The notes below the pieces were generated by a model, which had not been told where the DNA came from, ran no database searches, and was given only the letters and a program-made list of their open reading frames with translations. Shown here in pieces: positions 39,300 through 52,934 of a DNA stretch of 64,000 nt. How positions within the stretch are numbered: the first letter of the stretch is position 1; each line of letters opens with the position of its first letter. The translations under genes and the position numbers were made by a program. Origin of the DNA: Octopus vulgaris (taxonomy: Eukaryota); the NCBI GenBank assembly GCA_951406725.2, contig OX597817.1, forward strand, positions 143,964,001 through 144,028,000, read 5' to 3'.

Positions 39300-40068
39300 A
39301 CATATATCGGGACCGTGAGCTTTCGTTCATTGATGATGATTGCGAGCATGGGAGCGTGTGTGGCGGAGCTCTCTGCGACTGGCGGAGGCCTTCCGCAGGT
39401 GGCCACGGCACATAGACAAGCAGGGAACAGACGGTAGCATGAAGGCTGAAGCACGTAGAGTGAAGCCACTTGGAACAGAGTGATTGTGATCTCTTCTGCA
39501 CATGCACAATAAGTTTTAATATTCCAGCTCACTTCCACTGTTTACAGCAGTGCTTGGAAGGAAGGTGTGTAGCATGTGATCATCACATTGACCATGACAG
39601 AGAAAGTTGTCATGGCGATACCTGCTCAGAGGCTGACACAAAGTTGCAGAAAGTGTATGGAGAGGAGTGTATGAACCGCACACAAGTGTAAAAATGGTTC
39701 AGACGTTTCCAAGATGGCCGAACAAATGTCAATAGTGATGAACATTCTGGATGACATGCAGCCAGCAAAACTGAGGAAAGCATCACAGATATGTGTGCAG
39801 CTGTGAGGGGAAATCTTCAAATTACCATCTGTGAGTTATTGGAGGATGTGCAGATTAGTTATGGTTCAGTCCATTGTTACTGACGATATGGGTATGAGAC
39901 GTGTGTCTGCCAAAACTGCTGTAAACGGTAGAAATGAGCTTGAATGTGAAACTTTGTGTATATGCACAGCAGGGTTCAAGGTCAATCTGTACTAAGAGGC
40001 TTCATTCTGTGTGCTTTAGTTTCGTTTCTATAGCAACAGTCCGGATACTTATTGATTAAATTACACAC
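39300..40068 (+). pseudogene. Mariner remnant (N-terminal HTH region)
   Basis: LQKVYGEECMNRTQV*KWFRRFQDGRTNVNSDEHSG and GMRRVSAK; right TIR-like cagtccggatacttattgat. Confidence 0.75.
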
Positions 40069-41029
40069 ATATGTCAGCAGTTCAACTCATGCCAGCATGG
40101 ACAACGGATGTTAATGGATAGTGATGAGATAGATAGATAGATAGATAGATAGGTAGATAGGTAGATAGATAGATAGATAGATAGACAGACAGATAGATAG
40201 ATTGACTGAGAGAGAGAGACAGACAGACAGATTGACTGAGAGAGAGAGAGAGAGAGAGACAGATAGATCGCTAAAAAAATTCATCTACATATAGTATTTT
40301 CCTTTTCATGAAAAGATGTAGAACTCAAGCTTTAAAAAAAGAAACAGGAATCTTTTATAAACCATAATAATAGAATATGGCGCAGAGGGACAACAAAGGA
40401 ACAAAAAAAAGAAAAATCATAAACAACACAAGTGGACATATAGGAAACTCTTCACTTAAGGACCAAAAAGTTTACAGAATGTCCAGGGAAATATTCAGCG
40501 AAGGGAGGTTACTCTCAAATAGTTTACAAGAGTTATTTTGATTGTCTCCCCTTAGTTCGCGGTCAGCAGACAATTATTTGTTTTCCTACGTAGCATTAGT
40601 TCTTAGAATCCGGGAAAGGCAGCGTCTTTAACTGTTACAATTCCTTCCATGATGTATTTGATGTTCAGCTTGAATTTCTGTGACTGAAGACAGAGCCATG
40701 GCAAGGTAGGGGTGGGCTGTAGTTTCGAGAGGGAGTCAGCTTGAAGAGGTTGATGAAGGCTGCAGTTCACTGGACTGGAAAATTAAAAGCTATACATGGG
40801 AGGCAAGAACTGCACAACAGTGGGAACCTGGCTACAGAATCTTGTAGAAGGCGAAAAAAACCGAAAGATTAGGTGCAGGTGTGGAACCACATGGTTCCAA
40901 TTTCAGTCCTACTGCATAGCACCTTGGGCAAGTGTCTTCTACTATAGAATTGCACTAACCAAAGCCTTGTGAGTGGATTTGGTAGACGGAAACTGAAAGA
41001 AGCCTGCCGTATATAATAATAATTATAAT

Positions 41030-41520
41030 AATGAAATTATTGTATATAGTGCTCAGGTGCACCACAACTTGTCAAAAAGTGCATATAAAGCATATGTGCA
41101 TTGTACAAATGTCTGGGAAGTGAACAGTGTATGAGTCAGATACATGCTTGTGTGTTTATGGAGGAGAGAAAATCAGGTGTAGTGTTGGCGGATCTCAGGA
41201 AGTATGCAAGTTTTGAAGGATGCAGTGCTCCGACAACTAACAACTGATGTCGGCAGTTTGTTCCATGCTTCAGCAACTCTTAGCAGGAAAAAATGTTTCC
41301 GAAAGTCATGGGAGCTGTGCTGGTTTCTGACTTTGTAAACATGTCCACGGGTGTTAGACAGGTGGAATTTGAAAAGGTGCTCAGAGTTATTGTTTGTAAG
41401 ATGGTTAATAATTTTATGGGTGTCTGCCAAGTCAGCTGCCAGACGTCGGAGTTTCAATGTACCCATGCCCAGAGAAGTAAGGCGTTCAGAATATGGCAGA
41501 TGCCTGATGGAGGGTATTCT
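41030..41520 (-). mobile_element. CR1-clade LINE 3' end
   Basis: YSERLTSLGMGTLKLRRL..DL...HKI...TRGH..K......RKHFF..RV..AWNKLP..VV; (TTA)n tail. A second copy lies at 45365-45693. Confidence 0.85.
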
Positions 41521-41855
41521 CTTGTATATATATGTATGTGTGTGTCTTCGTGTCTGTGTTTGTCCTCCCATCATCACATGACAACTGGCATTGGGGTTTA
41601 TGTCACTATAACTTAGCAATGCAGCAAGTACCAGGCTTTTAAAAAAGTAAGTTCTGGGAGCCAATACATTCAACTAAAAAAATTCATCCAGGTGGTGCCA
41701 CAGCATGGCCACAGTTAAATGACTGCAACAAGTAAAAGAAAAAAAATACATACATACACAGACATGCACATAAACATACATACACAGACATATAGATACA
41801 TATATATACTTATAATATATATGCATGTGTGTGTGTGTATACATATATATACATA

Positions 41856-43398
41856 CACAGACATGCAGGAAGTAAATAGACACCTTTAATTTTCAAAATT
41901 TCTTATCTAAGCATCTTAATATGATTTCAGTGGTGTAGAATTTATTCTTTTTCATTTCAGGTGCCATTATATTAAACATTTGTGAAGAGTAACCATGCCA
42001 CGCACAAAAAATTCAGCAGAACGGTCAGATTTTCAAAGAGGTCGTATTGTAGGATAATCTGAAGCTGGTCTTAGCCAGCGAAAAATTGCTAAAAATCTTC
42101 AAATTCCTCTTGCTACTGTTAATAGATTTACAGAGATGCACTTGCATAGCAAGTGATTTCAACTGAGATCATGTGCTGAAACGAAAACAATTGCAGCATG
42201 GAAGGTGTTTGTAAGCCATTTAAGAAACACACAAAAGCCGTTCGATTCACTTCAACATTTAAGTTTAATTTGTCAAAATATTTTCGTCGCTTTAAGACTG
42301 CGACCTGTTTACTGACAAAAATCTGTGCTGCATCTGAATCGAACGGCTTTTGTGTGTTTCTTAAATGACTTACAAACACCTTCCATGCTGCAGCTGTTAA
42401 TAGAATTATAGTGCAATTCAAAGGCCAAGGAAAAGACTCAACAGATTCTCATCCTGGCCGACCTGGGTTCTCAGAAAGGAAGCTTCACTGTTTGAAAAGA
42501 ATTGTGGAAAATGAACCCTGTTCGAAGGCTTCTGACATTAGAAAACAGCTAGAAGATAGTCCAAGAATGTGTGTTATATATCTGCATAAGCTTGGGTATT
42601 ATGGACGAGCAGCTAGAAGAAAACCTCTCCTTCAGCCAATTAATATCATGAAAAGAAAGAAATGAGCTAAGGAGATGTCAGAAAAAACGGTTCATTTTGG
42701 TATAGAATGATTTTCTCAGATGAATCCAGATTTGCTTTATTTTCAGACAGTGGACGTGTTTGGGTCTGGAGGCTTCCCTATCAAGAATTTTATTTGAATT
42801 GACTCCAACCAATTGTGAAACATGGCAGTATCTCTGTAATGGTATGGGGAGCTGTCACCAACAATGGTCGTTCTGAGTTGATCAAATGTGTTGAAACCAT
42901 AAACTCTGAAAAATACATTGAAAAACTTAAGCAAGGACTACTTCCGATGTATTCACACGATAACATAATGAAAAATGAGTTTTAATTCATGGAAGATGGG
43001 GCTCCCTGCCACACAGCAAAAAGGCATTAACAATGGCTGACAGAAAATGGGATCAAAAAGCTTCCTTGGCCGAGCCAATCTCCTGACATGAAACCAATTG
43101 AAAATCTTTGGAGTATACTAGACAGAGCTATACGAAGAACTTGACAGAAACCTAAATCTAAAGATGAATTGTTTTGATTGTTGCGTGAAAATTGGGCAGA
43201 AATTCCACAAGAGACAATCACAAAGTTCATCAGTTCAAAGCCAAAAAGAGTTTCTGAATTAAAAACTGCAAAGGGAATGTCAACTAAATACTAAAATATG
43301 TGGTCCTAGCTGTCGATTACATTTCATTTGTTCGCTTTGCATATTAAGTAAAAGATTTTGAAAATTAAAGATGTCTATTTACTTCCTACATGTCTGTG
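41856..43398 (+). pseudogene. Tc1-like transposon, decayed transposase
   Basis: TA|cacagacatgcaggaagtaaatagaca... / ...tgtctatttacttcctacatgtctgtg|TA; motifs [43 protein letters not shown]. Confidence 0.9.
42127..42393 (-). mobile_element. 267-bp hairpin-forming insertion with an HHR-like scaffold inside the Tc1 ORF
   Basis: 11-bp TSD ctgttaataga (42116-42126 / 42394-42404); 58-bp inverted arms 42192-42249 / 42335-42392. Confidence 0.85.
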
Positions 43399-44939
43399 TA
43401 TATGTATAGCTCTGTGTGTATGCATAAAACCTGTTCATTCTATCATCATTATCATCCTCATTTAGCATCTGCTTTCCATGCTAGCATGGGTTGAATGGTT
43501 TAACTGGGGTTTAACTTGAGTGTAGTGGGTGCTTTTAACGTGCCAGACGGGGCTGGCAAACGGCCACGGTCAGATGGTGCTTTTTACGTGCCACCGGCAC
43601 GGAGGCCAGTTCTTCCAGTCCTTCCAAGCCTGTTTCTTTTGTCTAATAGCCCTGTCAACAATATTGTTCCACCACCACGTTATTTTGGGTCTTGAGGGGA
43701 CTTTGCACCAACCACAGATCTGGTCAGTGGCTCTCAGCAGGTTGTCTCTTAGAGACCTCCAGTTGTCTTCTACCCCATGTGAAGCTATAACCCTTTCTAT
43801 TTCGTCAAAGTATTATAATTTTTTGTATGGATTCTGTAGATATTAATGGATTTTCACATGCATTTCCAGTAAAAGAATTTCTGCTGTATGACAGCATATG
43901 ATAGCTGATACCAGTGGAAGAGTTTTGTAAAGCACGTTATAAGGTTATTATCCAAATGATATTACATAATTTAAATGCATATTGAAAGAAAGGCTGTCTG
44001 ACCAATATAATCTGTCACATAATAGCACAGAATTCTCAATAAATAATAAACAGTAAGTTAGGCTATTTAGAGCAGTGACATTAAACTACATGGTGTAAAA
44101 ATGGAAGAGATTTAGACAACTCAGACAAATCACAACACGCATGCACGCGAACACACACACACACACACACGTGTGTGTGTATGTATATATAACTGCAGTG
44201 TGTTTTATCACTATGGTTAAAGTGATACATCATGGATTATATAATAAACTAATTTTGATGTCATTCATCACTCTTTTTATCTCTGTTTTATATTTTTTCT
44301 CTTTTCTTTTTTTTTCTTTTTTTTCTTCATAGAATCAGCTTGAAACATAAAAATCAAAAAAACTTTTCATAAAACAGAATCCAAGAACAGACTGTTGGTA
44401 AGACTAATCACCATCATCATCATCATCATAATCACCATCATCACTGCTGCTGCCACCACCATTGCCACTGTCATTTGTAATTATTCTCCTGAAGAGAGCA
44501 AGTAACCACACACACACACACACACAAACACATATACACATGCACACACACATACACAAACACACACACATACACATGCACACACACACATGCATACACA
44601 CACTTGCACACAAACATGCATACACTTGCACACACACACACACAGATACATATATTTCTTTTATCCTTTACTTTTTTACTTGTTTCAGTCATTTGACTGT
44701 GGCTATGCTGGAGCACCACCTTTTGTCGAACAAATCGACCACAGGACTTATTCTTTGTAAGCCTAATACTTATTCTATCGATCTCTATTGCTGAACCACT
44801 AAGTTACGGGGACGCAAACACACCAACATTGGTTGTCAAGCGATGGTGGGGGGACAAACACAGACACACAAACATACATATACATACATATATATATATA
44901 CATCATCATCATTTAGCGTCCGTTGTCCATGCTAGCATG

Positions 44940-44983
<44 letters not shown>

Positions 44984-45364
44984 GCTTCTTTCAGTTTCCA
45001 TCTACCAAACCCACTCATAATGCTTTGGTCAGCCTAAGGCTTGTAGTAGAAGACATTCGCTCAAGGTGCTATGCAGTGGGGCTGAACCTGGAACCATGTG
45101 GTTGGTAAGCAAGCTACTTACTACACAGCCTCTCCCACACCTGTATGTATATATATTTACTGTAATTATATCAGCAGACAATGCATATTGCTCTCTTAGA
45201 GTGGAAATGGAATACGGGTTAAGGTATGCCTCTGTGGTTATGAAAACTTTTGTCTAGGTATTTGGTTTGGGGTTCAATCCTACTGCCTGGCATTTAGAAT
45301 GAACTTCTTCCATTACAGCTTTAAATCAACCAGAGTTATGTGAGTGAAATGTACTGGATGGAAA

Positions 45365-45693
45365 CCCGTGAACATGTTTACAAAGTCAGAAAATAGCACA
45401 GCTCCCATGACTTTCAGAAACATTTTTTCACGCTAAGAGTTGCTGAAGTATGGAACAAACTGCCGGCATCAGTTGTTAGTTGTCGGAGCACTGCATCCTT
45501 CAAAACTTCCGTGCTTCCTGAGATTCGCTAACACTACACCTGATTTTCTCCCCTCCATAAACACGCAAGCATGTAACTGACTCATACACTGTTCGCTTTC
45601 CAGACATTTGTACATTACTGCATATACTTTATATGCACTTTTTGACATGTTGTTGTGCACCTGAGCACTGTATACAATTTCATTATTATTATT
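45365..45693 (+). mobile_element. CR1-clade LINE 3' end (same family as 41030-41520)
   Basis: catgactttcagaaacattttttcacgctaagagttgctgaagtatggaacaaactgcc ... cattattattatta. Confidence 0.85.
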
Positions 45694-45872
45694 ACAAGGA
45701 AGCCTATGAGAGGGCTCTTTCTGTTTTGGTGTTGTTGATTTAATCCTTTGACTAATTTTGCATAAGCACCTGGCATCTCAACTGTTGTTGATTTAATCCT
45801 TTGACTAATTTTGCATAAGCACCTGGCATCTCAACAGAAATATGGTAACAAAAGGGTCAACAAATGATTAAT

Positions 45873-46100
45873 TTAACCCTTTCGATACCAACCTGACTGA
45901 AACTACTTCTGGCTCTGTAATACAAATGTCTTGTTTTCATAAGTTTTGAATTTTGAATTAAAATCTCCCACCAAACCTTAGTCACAATTTATATTGCTAA
46001 CACTAGCTTAATGATAACTAAGTTATTTTACTAAATTCTTTGTTATATTTAAAATTAATTGAAAGAAACACAGAGCATCTCAACAGAAATATGGTAAGGG
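45873..46100. mobile_element. piggyBac-like MITE fragment, preceded by a ~52-bp tandem duplication (~45730-45835)
   Basis: TTAA|ccctttcgatacc start; end motif gcatctcaacagaaatatggtaa occurs twice. Confidence 0.45.
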
Positions 46101-47304
46101 AAGACTTAAACATCAGCTCTATGGAGCTTAATGACCTGGAAACAACAAGCTGTATTTCTTTATTAAATCTCATTACAAGATCCTTTATACATCAACATCA
46201 GCATGGTGATATGTTGCCATTTTGTCTGTTAATTATTTCTTAATTAACGATAACACATCATGTGACAAATGAAACAAAAGCATTCTCACTTGCAAAGGAT
46301 AACACCAAGGTAATGACTACCTGCGGATTTTCTTCTTTTATCTTTCTACAAAATAAATTAATGTGAATGCTGGAGATATTGTTGCTAGGATACAGAGATT
46401 GCTGTTGCTTCTGCTGCTGCTCTTAAGGTTTTTATGGTTGTTCCCAGTCAATTAGGCAGATCTATCTTTGTTCTATGATCAAAAGCATTCCATCTATGCC
46501 CATCCCAACTTTTATTTTTTAAGCCCTGTGTGGTACAAGGCTGTGTCATTAAGAAGACTGCTTCCCAACCATGTGGTCTTAGGTTCAATTCCAGTATGTG
46601 GTACAACAGCCTCAGGTTGACCAAAGCCTTTTGAATGGAAGATTGGTGTATGCAAATATGCATGTATGTATGCATGTTATGTATGTGTGTGCCCGTGTGT
46701 GTGTGTATCTGCATGCGTGTATTTTTGTCTAGACATCACGTGATGGTTGAAAATAAGCACCATTGTCACACAAGTGAGGTTGTTGGTTTCCATTCTTCTG
46801 TGGAAAACACGTCCGACCGTGGGAAAAAAAAAATTACCTTGCTTGGAACAGGTGAGAATTGGTGACAGGAAGAGCATCTCACCATAGAAATCTGCTGCAA
46901 CAAATTCTGTCTGGCCCATGCTAGCAGGGAGATGTGAACAGATGATGATGATGATGATGGTGGTGATGGTGGTGTTGATGATGATGATGAGGAGGAGGAG
47001 GAGGATAATAAGTGCCTAAGACTACCTCATCCGATGTAGTTTTAGATAATTATTTATAAGATAATAGCATGTGATTTAAAGGTAATTTAGTTGCTATTTC
47101 TAGAAGGCCCAACTGCACAGAGATTACTGACACAAGCAGCAAGGAGCCCGTTGTTTTATGTTCTAAATAAAGCATATTGTTCTTTATTATCTCCGCCTTA
47201 GCAAAGGTGGAGCTGCGTTTGTTTGTTTGTTTGCTTGTCCGTGGACAAGATATCCCAAGAACTGCTGGATGGATTTCGATGAAATTTTAAGGGATGTTTG
47301 GCCT

Positions 47305-47550
47305 TGATGATGACGACGACGATGATGATGATGATGTTGATGACGACAATGATGATGATGATGATGACGATGATGACGACGACGACGACAATGATGATGA
47401 CGATGACGACGACGACGATGATGATGATAATGATGATGACGATGATGACAATGACGATAATGATTATGATGATGACAATGATGATGATGATGATAATGAT
47501 GATGATGATAACAGTGATGATGCTGATGATGAAGATGATGATTATGATGA
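47305..47550. repeat. (GAT/GAC)n microsatellite
   Basis: Direct reading. Confidence 0.95.
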
Positions 47551-47664
47551 AAGGTTTAAAGCCTAAAGAATAAGACCAAACTCTTTGATGCTGAAAACAC
47601 ATATTCAGAGTGTCTAAAAATTGAAAATGTAAGGAAGTAGGAATAAAAAAAAAAAGATCACACA

Positions 47665-48088
47665 GACGCAGGAGTGGCTGTGTGGTAAGTAGCTTGCTAA
47701 CCAACTACATGGTTCCGGGTTCAGTCCCACTGCGTGGCATCTTGGGCAAGTGTCTTCTACTATAGCCCCGGGCCGACCAATGCCTTGTGAGTGGATTTGG
47801 TGCTATTAAGTTAGACATGGCCTGGGCCAATAATGGCCGAAACCTATCAAAGTATCAAAGTATATATGTATATATATGTGTGTGTGTGTGTTTGTGTTTG
47901 TCCCCCTAGCATTGCTTGACAACCGATGCTGGTGTGTTTACGTCCCCGTCACTTAGCGGTTCGGCAAAAGAGACCGATAGAATAAGTACTGGGCTTACAA
48001 AGAATAAGTCCCGGGGTTGATTTGCTCGACTAAAGGCGGTGCTCCAGCATGGCCGCAGTCAAATGACTGAAACAAATAAGTAAAGTAA
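47665..48088 (+). mobile_element. SINE family A, young copy with a foreign ~64-bp insert
   Basis: CpGs retained; 47799-47862 replaces the end of the left half. Confidence 0.85.
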
Positions 48089-49859
48089 GACATTCCTATG
48101 TCAGTTTCTTTTCATAAAAAAAGGAAATACCGTGAAGCTACTATTTGTCCAATTGAAACCTGTAATTAATTATATTCTGGTTCATCAGTCAATAAAATAC
48201 AAAATAAAAATAAAATAGATAATTACTTTCAAACGACTATTTTAAAATCTGTGTTATGACTAATGAGTCCTTGATATTGATGCGTTATAAGCATCTGTTA
48301 TCTTATAAGCATCTGTTATCAATGAAAAGCCTGTTGCTTTGTTATTGATGATGTCTATTGATAAAAATCTATATGGTCAATGTCGGCTTTTACTGCTGAC
48401 AATTAATCATTCATGTTGTATGTCAACGGCTTTCTGATCTTTTGTAAAGCCACTTGTTGTGTTCTGCCTTCTTTCTAGAATAGTTCTGAAAATATTTCTA
48501 GTCTGCTGGGAGCATGTTGTTGTAATCTGTTGTTACCGTCTGTTGCAGTCTTATGGGTAAGTCAGGTTAACAGACAAATAGAAGATGTCCTGTGAGATGT
48601 GACTGGAAATAATAGGGTGTCCGATACAGGCGCCCTGCCTGTAACCATCATCAATTAACTGATGATTAAGCTGGCAATGAGGATGATGATGGTAGTGGTG
48701 GTGGTGGTGATGGTGGAAGTAGAGGTGGCAGCTGTGGTAGTGGCGGTGCTGTTGGCAGTGGTGGTAGTTGTGGTGGTGGTGGTGGCTGTGGTGGTGGCGG
48801 CTGCGGTGGTGGTGATGGTATTGGCAGAAACGTTAGCGTGCCAGGCAAAATGCTTAGCGGTATTTCGTCTGTCGTTACGTTCTGGGTTCAAATTCTGCCT
48901 AGGTCAACTTTGCCTTTCATCCTTTCGGGGTCGATAAATTTAAGTACCAGTTACGCACTGGGATTGATGTAATCGACTTAATCCATTTGTCTGTCCTTGT
49001 TTGTCCCCTCTGTGTTTAGCCCCTTGTAGGTAGTAAAGAAATAGGTATTAGCAGCAATGGTGGTGGTTGTGGTGGTGGTGGTGATTGAAGTGGCGGTGGC
49101 GGTGGTGGCAGTGGCAGCGGCGTTGGTGGTGGCAACAACAGCAGTGGTGGTGACGTTGGTGTTGGTGGTGGTGGCAGCGGCGATGGCAGTGGTTATGATG
49201 GTTGTGATGATGATGGTGGTGGTGGTGGATGAAAATGATCCATCATCACATTCTGTGGCATAGCCAGAATGATTGACCAATCTTCCTCTCAAACAAACCC
49301 TCTGATTTCTCCTGACTTCTATTTCTATACCTCTTCTCCCCCAGCAACTCCTGTTCGACTTGAAAATGACCCAATCCTTACACTTTTTTTTTTACAGTAT
49401 AATCATCATCATTATCATCATCATTTAACATCTGTTTTCCATACTGGTACAGTTGAACAATTTCACAGGATCTAGCAAGGCCAGGAACCATACCAGGCTC
49501 CAGTTATGTTTTGGCATTATTTCTACAAGATGCCCTCCTTTCCTAACACCAGCCACTGTACAGAGTGTACTGCATGCTTTTTACGTAGTACCATCACCAG
49601 TGCTTTTCATGTGGTATCATCACCTGTACTTTTTATGTGGCACCATCACCATGCTTTTTATATCGCACCATCAACAGTGCTTTTAGTGTGGCACCATTTC
49701 CAGTGCTTTTTACATGGCACCATCACTAGTGCCTTTTATGTGGCACCATCACCAGCACATACACTTTTATTATTGCTGCTTCTACTGTGACTGTATTTGG
49801 AAGCAACAGAGCCAGCACCCACACAATCACTTCCACCCTCATACACACACTCAGATATA

Positions 49860-50076
49860 TAAGTGGGGCTGCTGAAAAGTTCCTGGCTTTAATGGTATCG
49901 CGAAACGCCTGGTTGGAAGCCCAAACTTTTGAGCTTTTTTTTACCGGGCATGCAGGACCACTGCAATAAGTGTGTGAATCTGAGAGGGGAATATGTTGAA
50001 TAAAATCATAATTAACTGATCCTTCTGTATTTTCTTTTACTGGGTAAAGCCAGGAACTTTTCAGCACCCACTTGTA
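49860..50076. mobile_element. Mariner-derived MITE
   Basis: TIRs aagtggggctgctgaaaagttcctggcttta / taaagccaggaacttttcagcacccactt; internal KCVNLRGEYVE* transposase terminus. Confidence 0.8.
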
Positions 50077-50077
50077 T

Positions 50078-51290
50078 AGAGAAATGGGTGGCTTGCAGAG
50101 AAATGGGTGGCCCCTTGCAGAGAAATGGGTGGATAAGGTGATAGAGGTAACCAGAGTGTTTGATAGTGTACTTAAGCTCAGGCAAATTTTGCAGAATAGT
50201 ACTGCGACAATTATCTCTGCCTATGTCTTCCAAGCGGATCTACCAATTGAACAAAAGGACTGCTTTTATGATATTCTTCTGCAAGCTACCTCAAGGATGA
50301 GTGACAATAATCTCCTCTTTGTGGCTAGGGATTTCAATGGGCATGTCAGGTAGCAGTATGGTATCTTCCATAGTATACATCCAGACGTATGGTGATGTGG
50401 TTGTGGACTGGTGCTGTAGACAAGACCATTTGAACAAAGAAACCGGTCTGGAAGGCCTGGAAGTGTGAGCATAGCAGGGAAATGTATTAGATAACCAGAA
50501 GGGAAGCTAGGGGACAGGTATATCTAGCCAGGGTTGACGTCTGCCTATGCTCAGTAACATGAGGTTCAAAGATTTGAACTGTTTCAGATTGTATGTCTAC
50601 ATGGATGATAGTGCACTTAATGTAATGATTCTGCAAAGAAAGAGGCTTGGAGATGCCATTATGAAAGACTGTTGAATGTGGAGAATGAATGGGAGGAGGA
50701 GAGTCTGCCAAATGTGGACCCAACTGAGGGACCAGCTATCTGAATTGACAGTAGCTTAGTAGATAAAGCAATTAATCCCCTGGCCCATCAGGTATTTCTG
50801 CTGAGATGCTTAAAATTTCAGGCAAAGTAGGATATAGCCTAGTCACCTGTGCAGTTAATCAGGTTGTAGATGAGGGAGTCATACCCAATGATTGGTGTAG
50901 CAGCATCATCGTCAACTGTTACAAAGGTAAAGGTGGTGCCTTTGACAGAAATAACTACAGAGGTACCAAACTGTTGGACCAGGTGATGAAAGTCACAGAA
51001 AGGGTCTTAGCTCAATTAATTAGGAAGAAAATTAGCATAGATGAGATGCAGTACAGATTTGAGCCAGGCAGGAGCATGACTGATGCTATATTCCTAGTTA
51101 GGCAACTGCAGGAGAAATATCTAGCCAAAAATAAACCCCCATACCTAGCTTTTGTCGACTTAGAGAATGACTTTGACAGAGTCCCCTGCTCCCTTATCTG
51201 GTGGTCAATGCAGAAGCTAGGGATAGATGAGTGGTTGGTGAGAACAGTACAAGCCATGTACAGGGATGCTGTCAGTAAGGTTAAGGTTAG
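50078..51290 (+). pseudogene. RTE-clade LINE fragment (APE endonuclease plus N-terminal RT), deleted and decayed
   Basis: IISAY..Q...KDCFYD...DFNGHV; IPNDW..S.IV..YKGKG..DRNNYRG.KLL; QY.F.PGRS.TDAIF.VRQLQEK; AFVDLE..FDRVP. Confidence 0.9.
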
Positions 51291-51959
51291 ATTTCAGACA
51301 AGAGAGTCAACTTCAAATGCAGATGGAATCTTGCCGCTTTATTCTGTGGTGGTTGCTTTTTGTTGGTCTCAGTTTCCATATTTTTTTCATATTTATTGTT
51401 TTCTACTCTAAGCACAAGGCCCAAACCTTTGGTGGATTGGGGCCAGTCGATTGGATCAACCCCAGTATGCAACTGGTACTTAATTTATTGATCCCGAAAG
51501 GATGAAAGGCAAAGTCGACCTTGGCGGAATTTGAACTCAGAACACAAAGACAGATGAAATACCTCTAAGCATTTCGCCCAGCATGCTAACGTTTCTGCCA
51601 GCTCACTGCCTTTTTTGGAGAGGAGGACAAGTCGATTAGATTAACCCCAGTATGCAACTGGTACCTAATTTATTGACCCTGAAAGGATGAAAGGCAAAGT
51701 CGACCTTGGCGGAATTTGAACTCAGAATGTAAAGACAGACGAAATACCTCTAAGCATTTCGCCCAACATGCTAACGTTTCTGCCAGCTCGCTATCTTCAT
51801 ATTTATTGCCTTATTTTTCATATTCATTGCCTTATTGCTAGTGACAGCAGCAGCAGTGGTGACGGTAGTAGTGGTGGTGGTGGTATACCAGTAACTGTAA
51901 CAGTTGGTCAACTCATTGTTTATCTGGCAAAGGCAGTGTTGTTATTCTTGCTGTTGTTG

Positions 51960-52340
51960 CTGCAGTTGCTGTTGCTATTGCTGTTGAGTGAAGCAGTCTT
52001 CATCCCAGTGGGAGAAATCCGAAACGTGGTCCTTTGCTATTTGTAAGACCCGCAGAAGAGAAAGCAGGTCAACTCCCGACACCGAGAGCATGGACGGATG
52101 GATGAATGCGCATCCAGGCTCAGCGGTTGCGTAGGAAGTTGGGGACAAGCAACAGGAAGAAAGAATGAGAGAAAGTTGTGGCGAAAGAGCACAACAGGGG
52201 TCACCACCACCCCCTGCTGGAGCCTCGTGGAGCTTTAGGTGTTTTCGCTCAATAAACACACACAACACCCGGTCTGGGAATTCAAACTGCGATCCTCCGA
52301 CTGCGAGTCCGCAGACCTAACCATTGGGCCATTGCGCCTC
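51960..52340 (-). mobile_element. SINE sharing head and body with family D but with a different 3' tail
   Basis: gcgcaatggcccaatggttagg...gcggactcgc...ctctttcgccacaactttctctca shared with 14677; the tail differs and ends in a CAA/CAG repeat. Confidence 0.75.
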
Positions 52341-52759
52341 CTGCTGTTGTTGCTGGATCGAGGGACTTCCTGTAAATATAGGCCTATAACTCGCTTGCTA
52401 GCAACTCCACACCTACACCCTACAACAGGCTGAGGCTGGGATAAGCAAGGCTGTTGAATATCAATAGTTGCATGTATTTACGCATGCACTCACACTTTCT
52501 CAACCCATTCACATGTATGCACGCAAGCATGCATGCACACGCAGATACACACGTATGTGTTATTGTCTCCTTGGCATGGCATTGCATGATTGTAAATGAG
52601 TGTCACTGTCATGCAAGCAGTAGGTTTCTGTAAAAGCATGTCTGGTCTTGAGGAAATGTTGCCTTCACTTGGAAACAGGTCGGCAGAAAGGGCATCCAGC
52701 CATTGAAAGTTCAGCTCAACAAATTCTGACTCATGTAAACATGGGAAAGGTGGACATTA

Positions 52760-52903
52760 CAATGATGATGATAATGATGATGGTAGAGGTGGTGGTTGTT
52801 GTGGTGATGATGAGGATGATGATGATGATGGTGGTAGTGGTTGTGGTGGTGATGATGATGATGGTGTTGGTCGTTTTGATGATGATGGTGGTGGTGGTGG
52901 TGG

Positions 52904-52934
<31 letters not shown>

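Noticed and set aside
47294-47573. Poly-Asp / poly-Met ORFs
   Set aside because: Translations of a (GAT/GAC)n microsatellite, with no flanking coding signal.
49570-49755. CRISPR-like array (cagtgctttttatgtggcaccatcac units)
   Set aside because: Head-to-tail ~26-bp minisatellite inside a family C copy; no unique spacers, eukaryotic context.
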